From: Paraspadella gotoi
Lineage: Eukaryota; Animalia; Chaetognatha
Direction: 5' to 3'
Assembly: GCA_051294375.1 (NCBI GenBank)
Contig: CM119264.1
Location: 1,997,349 to 2,040,956 of the forward strand
Length of the DNA stretch: 43,608 nucleotides
Shown: positions 22,347 to 36,395 of the stretch, one piece after another
Layout of the letters: each line of letters begins with the position of its first letter
How positions within the stretch are numbered: the first letter of the stretch is position 1
Translations under genes and position numbers: made by a program
The notes under the pieces: generated by a model
The model's input: only the letters and a program-made list of their open reading frames with translations
What the model was told of the DNA's origin: nothing
Databases searched by the model: none

Positions 22347-22769
22347 TCTAAAGTAATGCATAGAGGTCCCTGCAAGCTCTTCAATCAAAGACTCTCTCAC
22401 AGTCTCGTTTATTCACCTCCCAATACCCGCTTTCATCCAATGAAGTGTATAATATTTCAAAGACATGCTTCAATTGCTATGAAAAGCACACTCCCTTAAG
22501 TATTCGACTCGGTGACACTACTTATTTACTCCGCTACCATCAAAATACAAGACTACATTTTATTAAATTGGTATGTCAGACTATGGTTATTTATTTGACG
22601 AAATTTACTATTTTTATGCGAATGTTTACATGTTGAGCATGCACACCTACATAAGTAGCGTTTATATCTTCTGAAGAAACTTAAATTTCAATTTAAATTT
22701 TCTTTCTACTCTTTTTTGAAACCAAAAAAATCGCTTTTTAAAGGGGCCGCGCGCAAAGCCAACAAATAG

Positions 22770-25700
22770 CTGTTTTAGTAAAACTTGCGGTCCAAAAAAT
22801 ATTGGCAAGGTTTGGTAAAGCCCTCGTCGTTAAGGCGGCCGATCAGTGGTGGCGATGGCAAGCAAATGCCAGCAATGGCCAGAAGTAGCCAAACCGAACT
22901 TCGACGTCGACGACAAAAAATTGAAAAACCTGAGATTGATTGGAAAGACGAGGCGAGAGAAGCCTTGCAGCTCTCAAGCCACGGGAGGCTAAAAAGTCAC
23001 TTTTCAAAGGCTCAGGGTTCGAGGGCATCAAAGAATTCAAACCCTCGCTGAAGTCGAGTGCAGAGGGGCAGGGCCCCGGCCAAAGAGTCGGAAGTGGCAG
23101 AAAACAAGCGCGCCTCTCTCTAGCCATGGGCGTCGGCACTGGGTTGATGAACCGGCTGTTTTGCAACAACTACAAAAAGGAGATCCGTCGTGCTACGACT
23201 TGCGCAGACTCTCCCTCTGTGTCAACGATCAGAGTCGACGCCGCAATTCCTCGGGTTGGTTCGACGGTCGCGGGCTACTATCGTCGGGGGCGCAAATAAA
23301 AGACTGATACAGGAGGACTCTGCGGGCAAAGCTAAGTTCATGGACGAGAGGGTCCAGAGTTGCATGAATGCATGTTATTTACATTACTCGGTGTACGTAG
23401 GAAACCGTTTAAAATTCCGCAAATTTATATAAGATACTTGCAGAGGAAAAAGGCGGTCAACCTATCTGAACAACAGCGATGTTTCAGATGAAGCAAGACT
23501 CGCCCTCAGAATGGGACGAAACTTGTGGCCGTTAATTGCTTGAATCGGAGCTTATTCGGGTCACGGAGCGGGCGCGGCGGAGGGGGCGCGCAGTTGGACA
23601 AGGCAAGTCGAGAAGCTCCATCGGGTTTGGATGCGGAGACCGCTTCCGGGCCGGGATCGGCCAGCGCAAAGCAAGGGGTCGCGGGGATCTGAGAACAAAA
23701 TCGTCGCTCTAGATCGTGCAGCTGAGGCGTGGTTCGGCCCGTTATGATCGCCGGATGTGCGTAGGAGCAGATGTTGGAAACGTCTGACAGCTGTCGTTGA
23801 CCGAACTCAAGCCGCAATGAGTGGTTGAACGATAGACTGGTTTGTCAAATCCTCACTACTCGCGGAGCTTCTATGTGTAACAAGCAACGCGCCGTAAGTT
23901 CGAGAAACTTCAGTGGGTTGAGGTGGGGAACTCATTTACGTCAAGGCGGCCAAATTCGGTGGCGAAATGAGAATCGATGAAAGACGGTTCGAGGAAAGAA
24001 CGACATTCATCGACGAGTCGCCGCGCGCTCAGTCAGAAATTCGGGAATGATGGCGTCCTGAGAAGCAGGTTTCAAACAAGAGAGCCGAGGTGGCGCTCTC
24101 GGTCGGAGGTAAGCATTCAGTAGACAAACAGGCTTCGCGGAAGGAAAAACGCGCGGCGAAAATAAATCAGAGATGGGAGGTGACGCAAAGAGGGTCTCAA
24201 TCCCCTTCATGAACCACTATAGACGTGAGACGGTAATCCAGACATTGCCGCCGCATCACCGAATTTTCTACTCCCAGTTTAGGAGTTGTTCATCCGTGGC
24301 CTGAAGCATCGTGACAACTCACGGTTCAGTTACCTCGAAAATTGGCGCATTTTCAATATGAATATAGAGAGTTTATTCCGGTGCGAAAAATCAAATCGGG
24401 ATGTTCCACTGCTGGTTCTTGAAAACCACCCGTAAAGGTTTAAATATTCGAAAGTGTAGTACAGTTGTCGACAAAGAATAGAAATTCTCATAAAGAAAAA
24501 TTACGCATAATATGGTAGTTCAAGCAGAAGTAATGGACAGATTATTACAGGCTAAACTAGCTTGAGAGAGCCGAGACTTTTACATGCCGAAGGACCGTTT
24601 CGACCAGCAATTTCGCATGAATGGAGGAGAATGTTGTGAATCTGACATTATTGATTATGTCAAAGACGGTGAATCTGAACTAATACATTGCTTAAATTAA
24701 AATCCATCAAACACATTGAATTCAAGTTGTGTTCAACATGATATTTGGTTTGAAAGGTTCCAAAAGATGCCGAGTACTACGTAAAGTTCCTCAACCATAG
24801 ATGTTCACCAAATATCCGAGAACCAAGTACCTCAAAGATTCAAGTTGGCGCAATAGCGGGGAAGGAAGAATACTGTGTCGCAACAATTTGCTTGATCTAC
24901 GACGAGACACCGGTTATTTGACGATAAACGAGAAGAAATTCAAGAGAGTGCTTGGTGGTGAAAGGTCCCGTGGCATCCATGTGTCTGTGAATCGGATGAA
25001 GAATTGAAAGCGAACATCGGATCGATCCGTTTCGTTCCTGCAAACTCAAATGGACGAACAGCCATAGATTATCAGATCGGAGAAAAAGTCCTGTATATAT
25101 TTCAGGGGCGTCAATGGGCAAATATTTACCTCATATCCGGGTATTCCGCAGGATTACAAGACCTGAAATTACATTCGCATCTTCGCCCACGAGTGTCGTT
25201 CTACAGTGTTGTACGAACGAGAGGGTGTCCGAGAGTCCGCTCAGTGCGACTCTCGTGCGAAGAAATCTCTTCTCGGGATTTTCGTCTGCTTCTCAAACCG
25301 AATGGAAGATTGGAATAGATTACGGGAAAGCCCGGAAGAGAAGGAGTGGCGTCGTGCTGTCCTCTTTCACATTTCCAAGCCATGAAGTTCAATTCGATCT
25401 ACTTCACTTTCGGAGCGCGAAAGGAGATCAGCGTGAGCGACGTTGTGTGGTGAACGAGTGCGGCCAAGGTTGATTTTGATCAAAGGACGATGCGAGTGAA
25501 TTGTCACGAAGAATGCGTCGGTTGTCACGAAGCTAACGATCTTGGCGTTGCAAAAAGGCAAAAATAAAAAAATATATTCAAAGGATGGATGTTTTGCGTA
25601 AAGAATGCCACGCTTCTATGAGAAGGATGGCAAAGAATGCATTTGTAAGCCTGGACCGCCTGGGTCGGTGAAATGTGAAGGTAAATCATCTAGTCAATAT

Positions 25701-27949
25701 ATATATATCTTATCATGTAGAAGCGCTGTTAAGAATTCATTAAATTTTTTTTATCTTCTCTTTTCTCACTTATCTTCAGCTCAAAAAACCTCGCCTTATC
25801 AGCAAAATCAGATCTAACTTATAAATGGGAGAACAGGTATAAACACTTCCACCAAAATTTTACGGGGTCTGACAGACGGAACAGTGGAGACCTGCGTAGA
25901 TTGCATCATGCCAAGAAATACACCATAGAAATTCCTCTTCGAAAAACGAGTTGCAGTAATGGAAACTAAAATAGAAATATCTGATTTTAAATGAATTATT
26001 TGTATAGTAATTTACTGATAAACGAGAAAATTGTTACTACTCTCAAACATTCTCAATTACTTAGTCAACTGTAAACGATTAAACTTACCGTAGAAAGGTT
26101 ATACTGAGACCTTATCTGAAATCTAAAGCCAATCAAAATAAGTAGATTAAAAAATTGATTAAAATTAAAGTTTTTAACTACTCCATAATTGAGAGATTCA
26201 TCACTAATGCATACATATTTACATTTTTTATTCTAACAATATATTTTTCTTCCACTATATGTGACAGTGAGGATGGGATTGTCCTCAAGTACAAAAAATG
26301 TCCGGAGTTTCGGCCACGATTCGGCGGACAACAAAAAAATAGGGTGCGGCAGAGCTGTCGGTCTAAAAAAAACTCTCTTTGAAAAAAATTTATTATACAG
26401 GGGTGGGACCCTATATCGAGACTAAATTTAAAAAATCATACTCTAAAATCTTAATGATTTTAAATTTTTAGATGATATATTAATTTTTTTGAATTCTTTG
26501 AAATTAGGCTTTTTGATGCAGCAAACTGCTCGGTTTAAAACATTTAAAAAAAATTAGTTTGTTTTATTGTATATAAAAGTAAAAACCCCAAAAAAACTTT
26601 TGCACTAATTTTATTATTGTGTATTAAATTGTTCAGACAGCAGACGTAAGTTTGTCTCGATATAGGTCCCACCCTGTATAATCCGAATTTTAAAAGATTA
26701 TTTTTAAAGTATACGTAGCATCCGTCTAGAATTTTCTGAGACGGCAAGCTCTGTAACTCGATACAAATGATAATTTAAAGAGAGCTTTTGTCTGATATCG
26801 AGTTACACATATGGCTACTCCCCCTTCGGTACGCCATTGCTCTACGACCAATTTGGACATCAAACTATTTAAAAGTAGCTTCGCCAGATTGAACCTGAAC
26901 CTTTTACGTAGGTTGAAATCCAGCCGCTAAGCACTCGGCCAAATTATTTTCCTAAAAAAATTGTACAAATAAATTATATAAGAGTAGGCTCGCTTTTAAT
27001 TTTTTTGGGAAACAAAAAATTCAACGTTCGAAGGCAGAGATTCGACATCCGAGTCCCAAGTTTCCCGATTTGTGACGGAACGTCGCAACACGACGACGAT
27101 TATTACAAGATAGCGATATCTGACTTATTTTTAATGTTTGAAATTGAGAAAAGTCAGAGGCAGTTGCCTCGTTAAGCCGTGACGTCGAATGTTTTCACGT
27201 TGCTTTTAAGTGTTTTATTAAGTTTTTTAACCAGTTGCTTATGTGACAACTGAAATGTTTTATACTCGTCACCTATTGTATAATATTAATAAACTAGATT
27301 GAGAAATGAAAGAATGAAATCGTTTTGAAAAAATAATTAATAGTTTTCATTTGCATAAAACAAGTTTGAGCAAACGATGTCTGATCTACCTACAATATTA
27401 AGCGGTAATAAGCTATACGATGATATTCTTGGTAATGTTTTCTGATTTTCAATTTGTGATTTAACAGATCATAAATGTTACATTTTTAAGGATTTTAAAT
27501 ACATCTTGCCAACATATATCCAGCCAGCACTTACTGTAAATAAATCTAATAGTACAGATACAAATGTAATATTAGACATTAATATAATATCAGAAAACAA
27601 AAATCTTACTCTTTCAGTCTATGATAAAAGGATTCCTTTTCTTTTGAAGTAGTTAATTACCCATATATTGTACAGTGTATTCCTAGAAGCAGCACTCGGT
27701 GTATTTATAGCAATTAATCAGATATGCAAGAATATGTTCGTGTTTACGATTTTTCATCGAGAGCAATAAATTAAGCAAAAAACTACAAAGTCAGGGATAT
27801 TTATTTAGACTTAAGAAAAATGGGAATTAATTTTTCAGTAATTATAGAACTAATAAAAAATATATGTTACTGAGTTAATCTATTTTCAAAAAAGATTATA
27901 CATGATGTTCTAGTAAAATAATAAGGAAAAAATTACAAATTATACACTA

Positions 27950-27980
<31 letters not shown>

Positions 27981-30900
27981 TCAACAATATTTTTAAATAC
28001 TTATTTAACTATTTAACTCTTGATTTAACTTGTTTTTAACTTTACTAAATTAACTTTATGTTAACTTTACATTAACATACCATTAATTATCTAACTTATT
28101 ATTTAACAATTATTTTACTTATTAAATTATTTATAATTTACAATTATCAACTTAATAAATTTCTCTAAATTAATAATGCTGTGATGCCAGGTTTGTTTGT
28201 TTAAGATTAAACATCCAAAACATTCCTTAAATATAAGATAAGCAACAACGGAGCATCACCATTTTGTGATGGCTCGCCTATATACCTGGAGATATTGGAT
28301 TAAAGAGCGAATCCATAAAGGTATAGGTTCCCAACTGATGACCTTCCCATTGTAAAACATAAATGATAAAAAAAAATAAAAAAAAAAAAATAATTAACAA
28401 AATAGGATTAAAGAAAAATAAATTTTCATAAAGTATTTTAAAATATATATTCACATAAAGGTTGCCCCTATAGACCTTTCCCGTATGAATCCCTATAGAA
28501 CATACATCTCTACATTAAGTCTCCCATGGTAAAAAAAATCATGTCATATACATTGGTCCCCCTCAAAAATTACCATGCCCACCCCTGTCTTTCAGCTCTA
28601 TATATTATGATTTCTTCATTATGACTTTTAACAGAAAATGCATGTTGTGATATCTATAAGAAAATAGACATATATAATCTAACCTTTTTGTATAGATGCT
28701 TCCCTCTATTTCCAGAAGACACCTGACTCCCTTCCAAAATGAATTATTATTAAATAAAACATTTTAAAATAGAAAGGCAACTATATTTGAATAATAATAT
28801 AAGAATTAAATATAATCCTTCATAAAATATTAAAATATATTAGAAAATAACAAAATATGTGAAAACAATAATTTGCAAATTTTCGATAAACAAGTTTGAG
28901 CAAACAATTCGGATCTGCCCACCAATCAATTATTTGTAAATCAAATAATAATTCAGGTTAATTAATTATTTTTTTGATGGATTAATGATGATTAAATTAA
29001 TTATTTAATTAATTGATCTTTTTTAAAAAGGAAAAAAAAGCTATATCAATTGTGAAACAAGTTTTTTGTTTTTTTCTATTTAACTCTTCCACTCAAACGA
29101 TTCCATCGAATTGATTTCCAGCTTAATCACACATTTCTACCCCATCAAAATTTCAAGTCAATCGCCCCACCACTCATGAGCAATTGTGTTCAAATAGTAA
29201 ATTTTTTTCCATTCAAACTCTTTCAGCTTGGACGATTCCATCCGAAATTCATATCCAGCTTAATTACAATTCCCTACCCACAAAATTGTCTTCGAATCCA
29301 TCCAATCCAATCACGCCAGTAATAGTTTTTTTCTAACTGTGGACGAACATAATTTTTTTGGCATAATTTATTATAAATTCGATGTTCTGACTGATATAAG
29401 TGAATGCCGACAAGACTGAGGGACTGACAAGTGGAAATTTTAGAGTCAGAATCTGCTGAAAGCAGTTCTACTAAAAAGAAAAGAAAAAACAAATTTATAT
29501 TTAGGATTTTAAATGTTTTTTTTAAATAACGAGATGGCCCGAGTGTGTTAAAAACTAAGATTTCGACGCAGAATGTAATTGATTCGAATCACTCATCAAG
29601 CGTCTACAACTTTCTACAAACTAAACTTGCTTAAGGAGTGCCCGAAATAATGGTCGCTCTAGAGCTACATGGCTTATCTCGATAGGATTGGGACAGAGTA
29701 GCCATAGCTGACGTACTCTGATTAACAGACAAAAACTCCCGCTTTCTAATAATTCAGTTCTACGTCCGAGTTACATGAGGCTTGCCTGTCTCATAATTCT
29801 AGACTACGAGTACTGTTTACACAAATTTAAAAATGCACTATGATTTCAGAAAACGATGACCACATGTTTAGGAAGTTAACCTTTATAGCGAATTAAATTA
29901 CCCTAAAGAAAAAGAAATTTCTGACCACATGCTGGCCGGTATATTAATTACCGCCTCACACTCCACCACTTCTCCTTCACTCAACAATTCAAATTGGAAC
30001 CAATGTAGGGTATCATCAACTCATCCCGAAGGTTAGATATGTGCTGTCCATCCCACAGTTTCCTAACTAGACTTCCCTTCTAATTGTTGGTTGGCCACAG
30101 GCGAGACAGAACGTTCCCCTCAAGATTACAACTCCGCCGCCTCTATGCTGGACTCTTGGCGATGGAGCTCCACTGGTCCAGGTCAGAAGCCTCCAAACTT
30201 CCCATACCAAGGTGAGACTTCGCCTCGCCCATTGGCCCATTTGGGCATCACAGCAACCCGGCATGTTGCGTAATCACCGTCCTACCTTGGCAACGTTAGG
30301 GTATAAAAAAGAAAATAGTACTTAACTTTCCCTGTCAATTAACTTAATTGTCTGTCTTGTACCTGCTTACAAATCTGGTATACATTAGTACCAGTATATT
30401 TACTTAATATTTTTTCTAAACTTTAGACATACATTATATCTTGCTTATTCGAATATCCATCGTTTATTTTCTCCGTTTTCTTTTCCAGGTTCTGGTTATT
30501 AATCCATAATAGCGTACACTACGTTTAAATAGTAAGCTATCCATTTTATTTTAAAAAATATTGCTAACTTCCCGCCTACAGGCACTATGGTGTTCAAGCG
30601 AACTTTCACAGATAACCAATACACAAGGATCTACACGCTCCAGTATGTCTATTAGATGAACCAATGACGTCAAGATATCATTTTTTAAAAATCAAGTTAT
30701 GAAAAAACAACAAATTTCCGACTGCTTCTCTGTCTATCTTTATCCACCTCTGATTTACCCAGAAAATCTGTATTACCCAAGCACCCACGCGTATATATCC
30801 AATGTGATTGTCCCCCCCGCACTGTGTAAGATCTTTGTTGTTTCATATCTATGGTCCTTCTTTGATCACATATAATGACGTGTGAAACTTGCAACCACTG

Positions 30901-31217
30901 CGATTTCAAAAGCTTTTCCTTTCCGCTGGTATTATTATGAACACTGACTCCGACTCAACATATCGTCTATCTATCTATGCAAATGAGAACAGGACCCGTA
31001 GCCAACCCGATATACCGATCGTGTGCCGACCGACCGGCACCGACCATAAGTGATCTTACAGAGTGCTCCGCGAGTACTCGCGCAACTAAAAAGGAATACT
31101 AAATGTGCTAAAATTATGCAAAAAAACGAAATCGGACGATTGCTCCCAGTATCTGCTCCGCAATCCTCCGTCCTACTTGCAGCCGATGCCGGCTGCCGTC
31201 GACGACCGCCGCGTTGC
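22770..31217 (+). CDS. MACPF/perforin-like multidomain protein, copy 2 (indel-rich consensus). Large exon to ~25680, exons ~25779-25955 and ~26268-26343, last exon from ~31182 into the gap
   Basis: Allowing single-base indels it reads QFLGVGFDGRGYYSAESRKK at ~23245-23300 and the MACPF signature WGTHYVKAAKFGG at 23924-23963. The remainder matches copy 1. The true start codon is unresolved; a gtatgt donor lies at 22571. Confidence 0.75.
26398..26676. mobile_element. Tc1/mariner-type MITE
   Basis: TIRs CAGGGGTGGGACCCTATATCGAGAC / GTCTCGATATAGGTCCCACCCTG flanked by TA on both sides. Only one end (to ~19088) survives in copy 1. Confidence 0.8.
28888..29477 (-). mobile_element. DINE-1/Helentron-like repeat
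   Basis: Begins aaacaagtttgagcaaacaattcggatctgccc (reverse complement of the family 3' end) and ends ...agcagttctactaaaaa. A short end fragment also occurs at ~27358-27410. Confidence 0.6.
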
Positions 31218-31242
31218 NNNNNNNNNNNNNNNNNNNNNNNNN
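31218..31242. other. 25-N gap lying between the two copies of the duplicated unit
   Basis: Exactly 25 N; a second 25-N gap is at 38332-38356. Other gaps: 39964-40173 and 41731-42067. Confidence 1.
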
Positions 31243-31527
31243 TCAGTTAAACCAAAAATAAAGAGAGGTCGTTTTATAGAATTGAAACATTAAAAAGGAC
31301 CCCAATAATACAATTCTTTACAAATGTGACGAGTACTCACAAGAAACTTAACAAAAACGCAAAAACATCTTCAAGTTCAAATGTTTTCAAATGTTCAAAT
31401 ACAACATATATATACTATATATTATTTTTCACTACTTATTTTGTTTCTTTTCTATACTCAAAAAAAACAATTGTTACAATGAAATTGATGTAAAAATGGG
31501 TAATGTAAATTTTCCACACTAACCCTT

Positions 31528-33498
31528 TCACACTTTTTTCCCCCACCACAATAATGACTTCCCATCTCCAACCCAACTTTCTCCCAGCCTTCTCTCTCAT
31601 CCAAAGGACGAATCTTCCTGTATTCAGCGACCCGAAATCTTACGGCCGAATTCGTATTCGCGTTTCGCCGCTGGGAGTTCGCTCGACTGCTCAACGCCAA
31701 TGTCTTCACCGTTTTCTCTTAGTCCGCTCGCCGTCGAGTCGCTAAGGTAAACGAGGGGCGTTCTGTGCGCTCGAGGGATGCGCGAAAGCCGGCTCGGACG
31801 GAGAGTTGGCGAAGCCGGCCCCGCCGGATCTGGGAATGCCCCAAGGGTGGATAGGCCGCTTGGCCCGGGAATAGGGCCGGCGCTGAAGCCGCCTGCCGTG
31901 GGAAGTATTTCGGGTATTTTTGGGAGGACGCCGAGCCCGGCTGAATTTTAGAGAAAATTAATTTAATGATTAATTAATTACTAAAAAATATCAATTGAAA
32001 GTTAAAAAATCATTTCAACTAAAAAAATTGGATCAACTATTTAAACCTCGTGTTGCACGAGTTAGGGTATTCAATTGAGTTCCTGCTGTGAACGTGGACG
32101 TCTCATTCCTTGTGTCAGCTGAAATATGAATAATGGAATTTTATTTAAGGCCTTGGTGCCTAACTAATAAAGCCTGGTTTTAATGTAAATGCGTTTGAGT
32201 ATAGAAATTGACATTTTGGTTCCCAAAGAAAAAACCAAGAACGGTAAATTCAAATTGTTGCGCCGCAGTGACTTGCCTGATCACGTTATATTTTTCGTGA
32301 CATAAAATGAAGTGTTGACATGACATGATGGCAACAATAACATGACCACAATAAACTTTCTTAGCCCCGGTCTTTATTTAAATGATACGCACGATGATTG
32401 GAATTCCGTCGTTTTATCTATATTAGTTTTAGGATTTCTGAAGGTGGCGCTTGCAGACAAGACCGACATTACCAAAAGACGGAGCGACCGACAGATGCGA
32501 CGAAAAGTGGACTTAAAGAGCTGCTCATCCGCCATCACTCGCGGCGCTACTAAAAATAGTTACTTCAGTTGCGCAACACATCAGATGATCTTTTTCTTAC
32601 CGACTTAGTTTGATAACATGTTGGTTACAGTGTCAACTACTTACTTCCATCTTGGAATTCCAATCAGTATCCCGTTGACAGTAAATAAAAAGTGTCCTCC
32701 AGGTTTTAAACATAATAACGAATGTTCCTTAAGACTTTCGCTTTGATTCTTCACAAAAAGTTGAACTGACAAACAACTTCGTGCGAAATAAATCATAAGG
32801 CCGATTCCCATTTCTGCGGGAAAGTAGATACTGTCACCGTGAAAATCTCAGTGCTCTTCTTTTAAAGTTTAAATCCAATGATAGGCGACGATTTGCAAAA
32901 CGTTTTTGCAATTTGTGACGTTTGCTGGAATGAGGTCAATACCCGGTCACGCTTAATTGGAGCTTAAAGAAAAACAGAGATTTAAGATTTAATATGTAGA
33001 CCAGGTTGTTGCATAAACAAAATTGTGAGTCTTGGTACCGTTTTTATCTGGTACAAAGCTAATTTGGAAACCCGTGTGCCAAATATCCTGTAACCTTGTA
33101 CCAAGTCAAGAGGCAATACTACTTGAAGGAATAATAATTTTTAATTAGTTGTACCGATTACTTATCAAAGAAACACCTAACACTTAACATGTCTGTAAAA
33201 AAAGTATATTCATTAATTGCTGATAATGAATCCATATGTTTTACCTTTATTATTTTATTCAATTTTTCTTAAACTCCATTTTCTTAATTTACCAATCGTC
33301 TCCACTTTTACGATGGAGTTCCCAAGGATCCATTCAGCGAATTTGTTTTCCGTATGTCTCTCCAGGCCGCATCCAAAATCAATCAATCCGTTTCAACAGA
33401 AGGGATGAATTCTCAAAAAATTAGAGGCAAAGACTTGCCAAGCTTTAAGCGCGCTGAAGTCATTCCATAATCGCACGTGAGTGAACATTGAAGCCCAT
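31528..33498 (-). CDS. Class I SAM-dependent methyltransferase (JHAMT-like), copy 1, indel-rich
   Basis: Reverse complement of 40941-42978. DFGCG at ~33365-33385, TGIDL at ~32930-32950, LKPGGHFLF at ~32685-32710; gtaagt donor at ~32640-32645. Confidence 0.7.
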
Positions 33499-34126
33499 TT
33501 TTTTGAAAAAAAAGAAAAATCAAATCCTAAACATTATATGTTATAACATCTTTTTCAGTTTTTATTTTTATACTCAAAACAAATAAATTATTGGGTAAAA
33601 CAAAAGATTATATTTCTAGAAAATATATGCGTTTTTTCTCAATGAAAGACGTGTTATATTTTTTAAAGCCAAGACTTATAAAATAATGAGCATTGGTTGA
33701 CAGCTCTTCAATTTGTAATTTTTCGTAGGGTGCAAGCAGTGCTGCTTTCGAACTAGAACCGGAAAGTCAGTAGCAAGAAAGCTTCAACAACAATTTTTCC
33801 TCTCTCTCTCTTCTCTCTTAGCTAATTAGCTTTCTTAATTCCTAGACTTACAAGGACTTCAATCTGGCACCGTATACTAACAAGGACTGAATTAAACTCG
33901 TAATTCTTTCACTGTGTATTATTTTATACAATTTATTAGTAGAATACTTGACGTTTATTTTGTTCTAAAAAAACGTTCAAATTTCAGTTTCGTGGCTGAT
34001 TTGTTATTATAAAAAAATATGTATAATTCGTGCATTTCCGTTCTTTTAATTTTAAAAAACTGACGCTGGATTTGGTTCCCTTGGACGAAGGCTCTTTGAG
34101 CTTGAAATCGTGAAATTGCGTTAAGT

Positions 34127-35076
34127 GATTCTGACTCTATAATCCTCTTTGTCGGTCCGTCGGTCCACCCCCCCAATCCCATGTCGGGCATTCACTTAGG
34201 AGTCATGTCCAAGAACATCAAATTTATGATAAATTATTGCCAAAATAACATTATGTCCGCTCCGTCGTTCCGGTCTGTCCGTCCCACCTTACCAAATAAA
34301 AACGACCAATTCACTGCGGTGATTGATGGGTGAATGGATTAAACTCTAAGGCATTTTGGGCTGGTGAGGGGTAAGGAAGTGTGGTGCTATTGAGGCGGGA
34401 TATGATACGTATTCGATTGAATCATGCGATGAAAATGAGGTTTGATTACATAAAAAAGAACATTCACTATCTTTAACGCCCAATTGAACTTCGGAGGAAT
34501 GGGCAATTTGACTTGAATTTTTTAAGTGTGTGATCTAGGCTGGAAATTTAGTTTCCCCGATCTGGAATTCGCTTTGAGTGAATGATTTAATTGAAAGAAA
34601 AAACAAAAAATACTGTTTTCTAATTGATTATCTTCTTTTTCTTTTATAAAAATGCCAAGCAAGTATTAAATAATCAAATAATTAATCAGTTATTTAATCA
34701 ATTATTAATCAAAAAAACAAATTTAAATCAGCCATTAATCATTCAATAATTATTCAAAATGCAATTTATTTATCTATTAATTTAATTATCATCAATCATT
34801 TATTTATCAATTAATTATTATTTATCAATCATCAAACAATCAATTAATCAATACAATCAAGAAATCAATCATATTCGCATTTATTGTCGTGCGTCGACTT
34901 CATTGTCATCGTGTTCTTTTGTTGCTGTAGTTGATAAAAAGATCTAAAAAAACAAACATTTTGGATTCATTAACATAATTAATTAAGCAATTAATAATTT
35001 AATTAATTTAAAACTAACATTAATATTTACCGCTAATGATCCGTTGGCAGATTCTCACATTTTTGCTCAAACTGTT
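34127..35076 (+). mobile_element. DINE-1/Helentron-like repeat; duplicate pieces at 38357-39050 (+) and 39482-40350 (-)
   Basis: tttgtcggtccgtcggtccacccc core, gtcc repeats, AATC-rich tract and the ggcagat...ttgctcaaac(t)tgtt 3' end. Confidence 0.6.
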
Positions 35077-35811
35077 TTTTTAGTTTTGAAAGCAGATTAG
35101 AATCCTATAAAAAGTTATAAAAGAAAATATAAGTCTTATCAAGATTCTTTTCATTAAGTTTAGCTAAAAATCATAAAAACTTTATTTTTTATACTAAATT
35201 TTAATTATATGGTTAATAATAATATTTTTGGGGATTTGACCGACTTAATTGAAATAATTTCTAAAAAGAGTTATATTTTCCTTTCATCACACTTTCTCGT
35301 GAGGAATTCGAATCTGCCTTAAAAAAAAAAATTAAAGATTTGACATTGTCTTATGGTTAGACTAAGATAAATGAGGTCGTATGCGAAATTGAAAAATAAA
35401 AATATTAATGTGTTTTTTTAAAATGCTTACAGTACCAAAGCCTTTTCATGATCTATTTTCTCATCTTAATTCATTAATATATTTATTTTTAAGTTTAAAG
35501 AAAAGGGGAAAAATTCGATGTTAAGTTAACGTTCAACTTCCGTCATTTGCGTGGGTCTAACGCAAAATCTGATTGCACGACACCTTTGTAATCGTTTAGC
35601 ACGCTAAAAATTATTACTAGAAAACTTGAACATTATTGCGTAAAAATTCTTAAACTTGCATGGTTTAAAAAAAACAGTGTACTGCAAACATCTGTCTCAC
35701 TGTGGCATGTGGGGATTCCCAAAAACTCGCTTTCAATTCGTCATAATTGACAGCAAGGCGAATACGCTGGAGAAATAACCGAGTCGCTTTAGAAAGCAGT
35801 ACGGCTCTTGA

Positions 35812-35868
35812 TATAAAAGCTAATGCCAGGCCCGTCTTTCTAAAAAACGTTCATCGTGGAAGGTAAGT
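35812..35868 (+). promoter_or_regulatory. Candidate TATA box and first, probably non-coding, exon donor of the MACPF gene
   Basis: TATAAAA at 35812 and AAG|GTAAGT at 35863, upstream of and co-oriented with the MACPF 5' segment at 36396-37333. A mirror copy lies at ~37870-37930. Confidence 0.45.
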
Positions 35869-36395
35869 TCTTTTTCAAGCGCACGTTTTCTTCTGTTTTA
35901 TACTGAGTTTAATTTAGCTTATTGTATTGGTTACAAACGCGACTCTCAGTTCTTGATTTCGTCGATAGTACAGTGTTACTCATAGAAACAATTGATTATG
36001 CTATTTTATATTTTCTTCTGCCGTGCACGTTATTATTTATGTTAGTATTTTTTAAAACTATGAATCATCTAGTTTTAAATATTCTAAACATTTCTTTTTT
36101 CTAAACGTTGCATTAGAAACATGCGAGTAAAAATTTACCTAATCTCCTCGTTTTGATTGGCGTCGTGCGGTTCGCGAGTTCGTCAAAGGAGCGGGTAATT
36201 TTAGAATTAAATGTAACTAGACTTTTTGCGAGTAAAATTTGATGTCACCTTTCAGGAATGTTTTGTGTCATACTATGAAAATTTGTAAATAAATATATAA
36301 TAAACAATTCTATAGATAAAAGTATCCATTCATTCAATAATGCAATAGCTATTTTGCGCCTGACTTGAGAAGGCTGCTGTTTAGTCCCTCCCATC

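Noticed and set aside
22347-22400. N-terminus MRESLIEELAGTSMHYFR of the 178-aa ORF
   Set aside because: It is created by the junction at 22346/22347; the homologous intact reading is FDGRGYY-SAESRKK.
22347-23280. Recombinase-driven invertible switch (phase variation) of segment D
   Set aside because: No inverted recombination sites or recombinase gene are visible, and one large flip of a duplicated, gap-joined region explains the pattern more simply. Kept only as a testable alternative.
23280-26460. Calling MACPF copy 2 and the methyltransferase copies pseudogenes
   Set aside because: The frameshifts are dense single-base indels that differ between copies and also affect introns, as expected of unpolished long-read consensus. 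Status cannot be judged.
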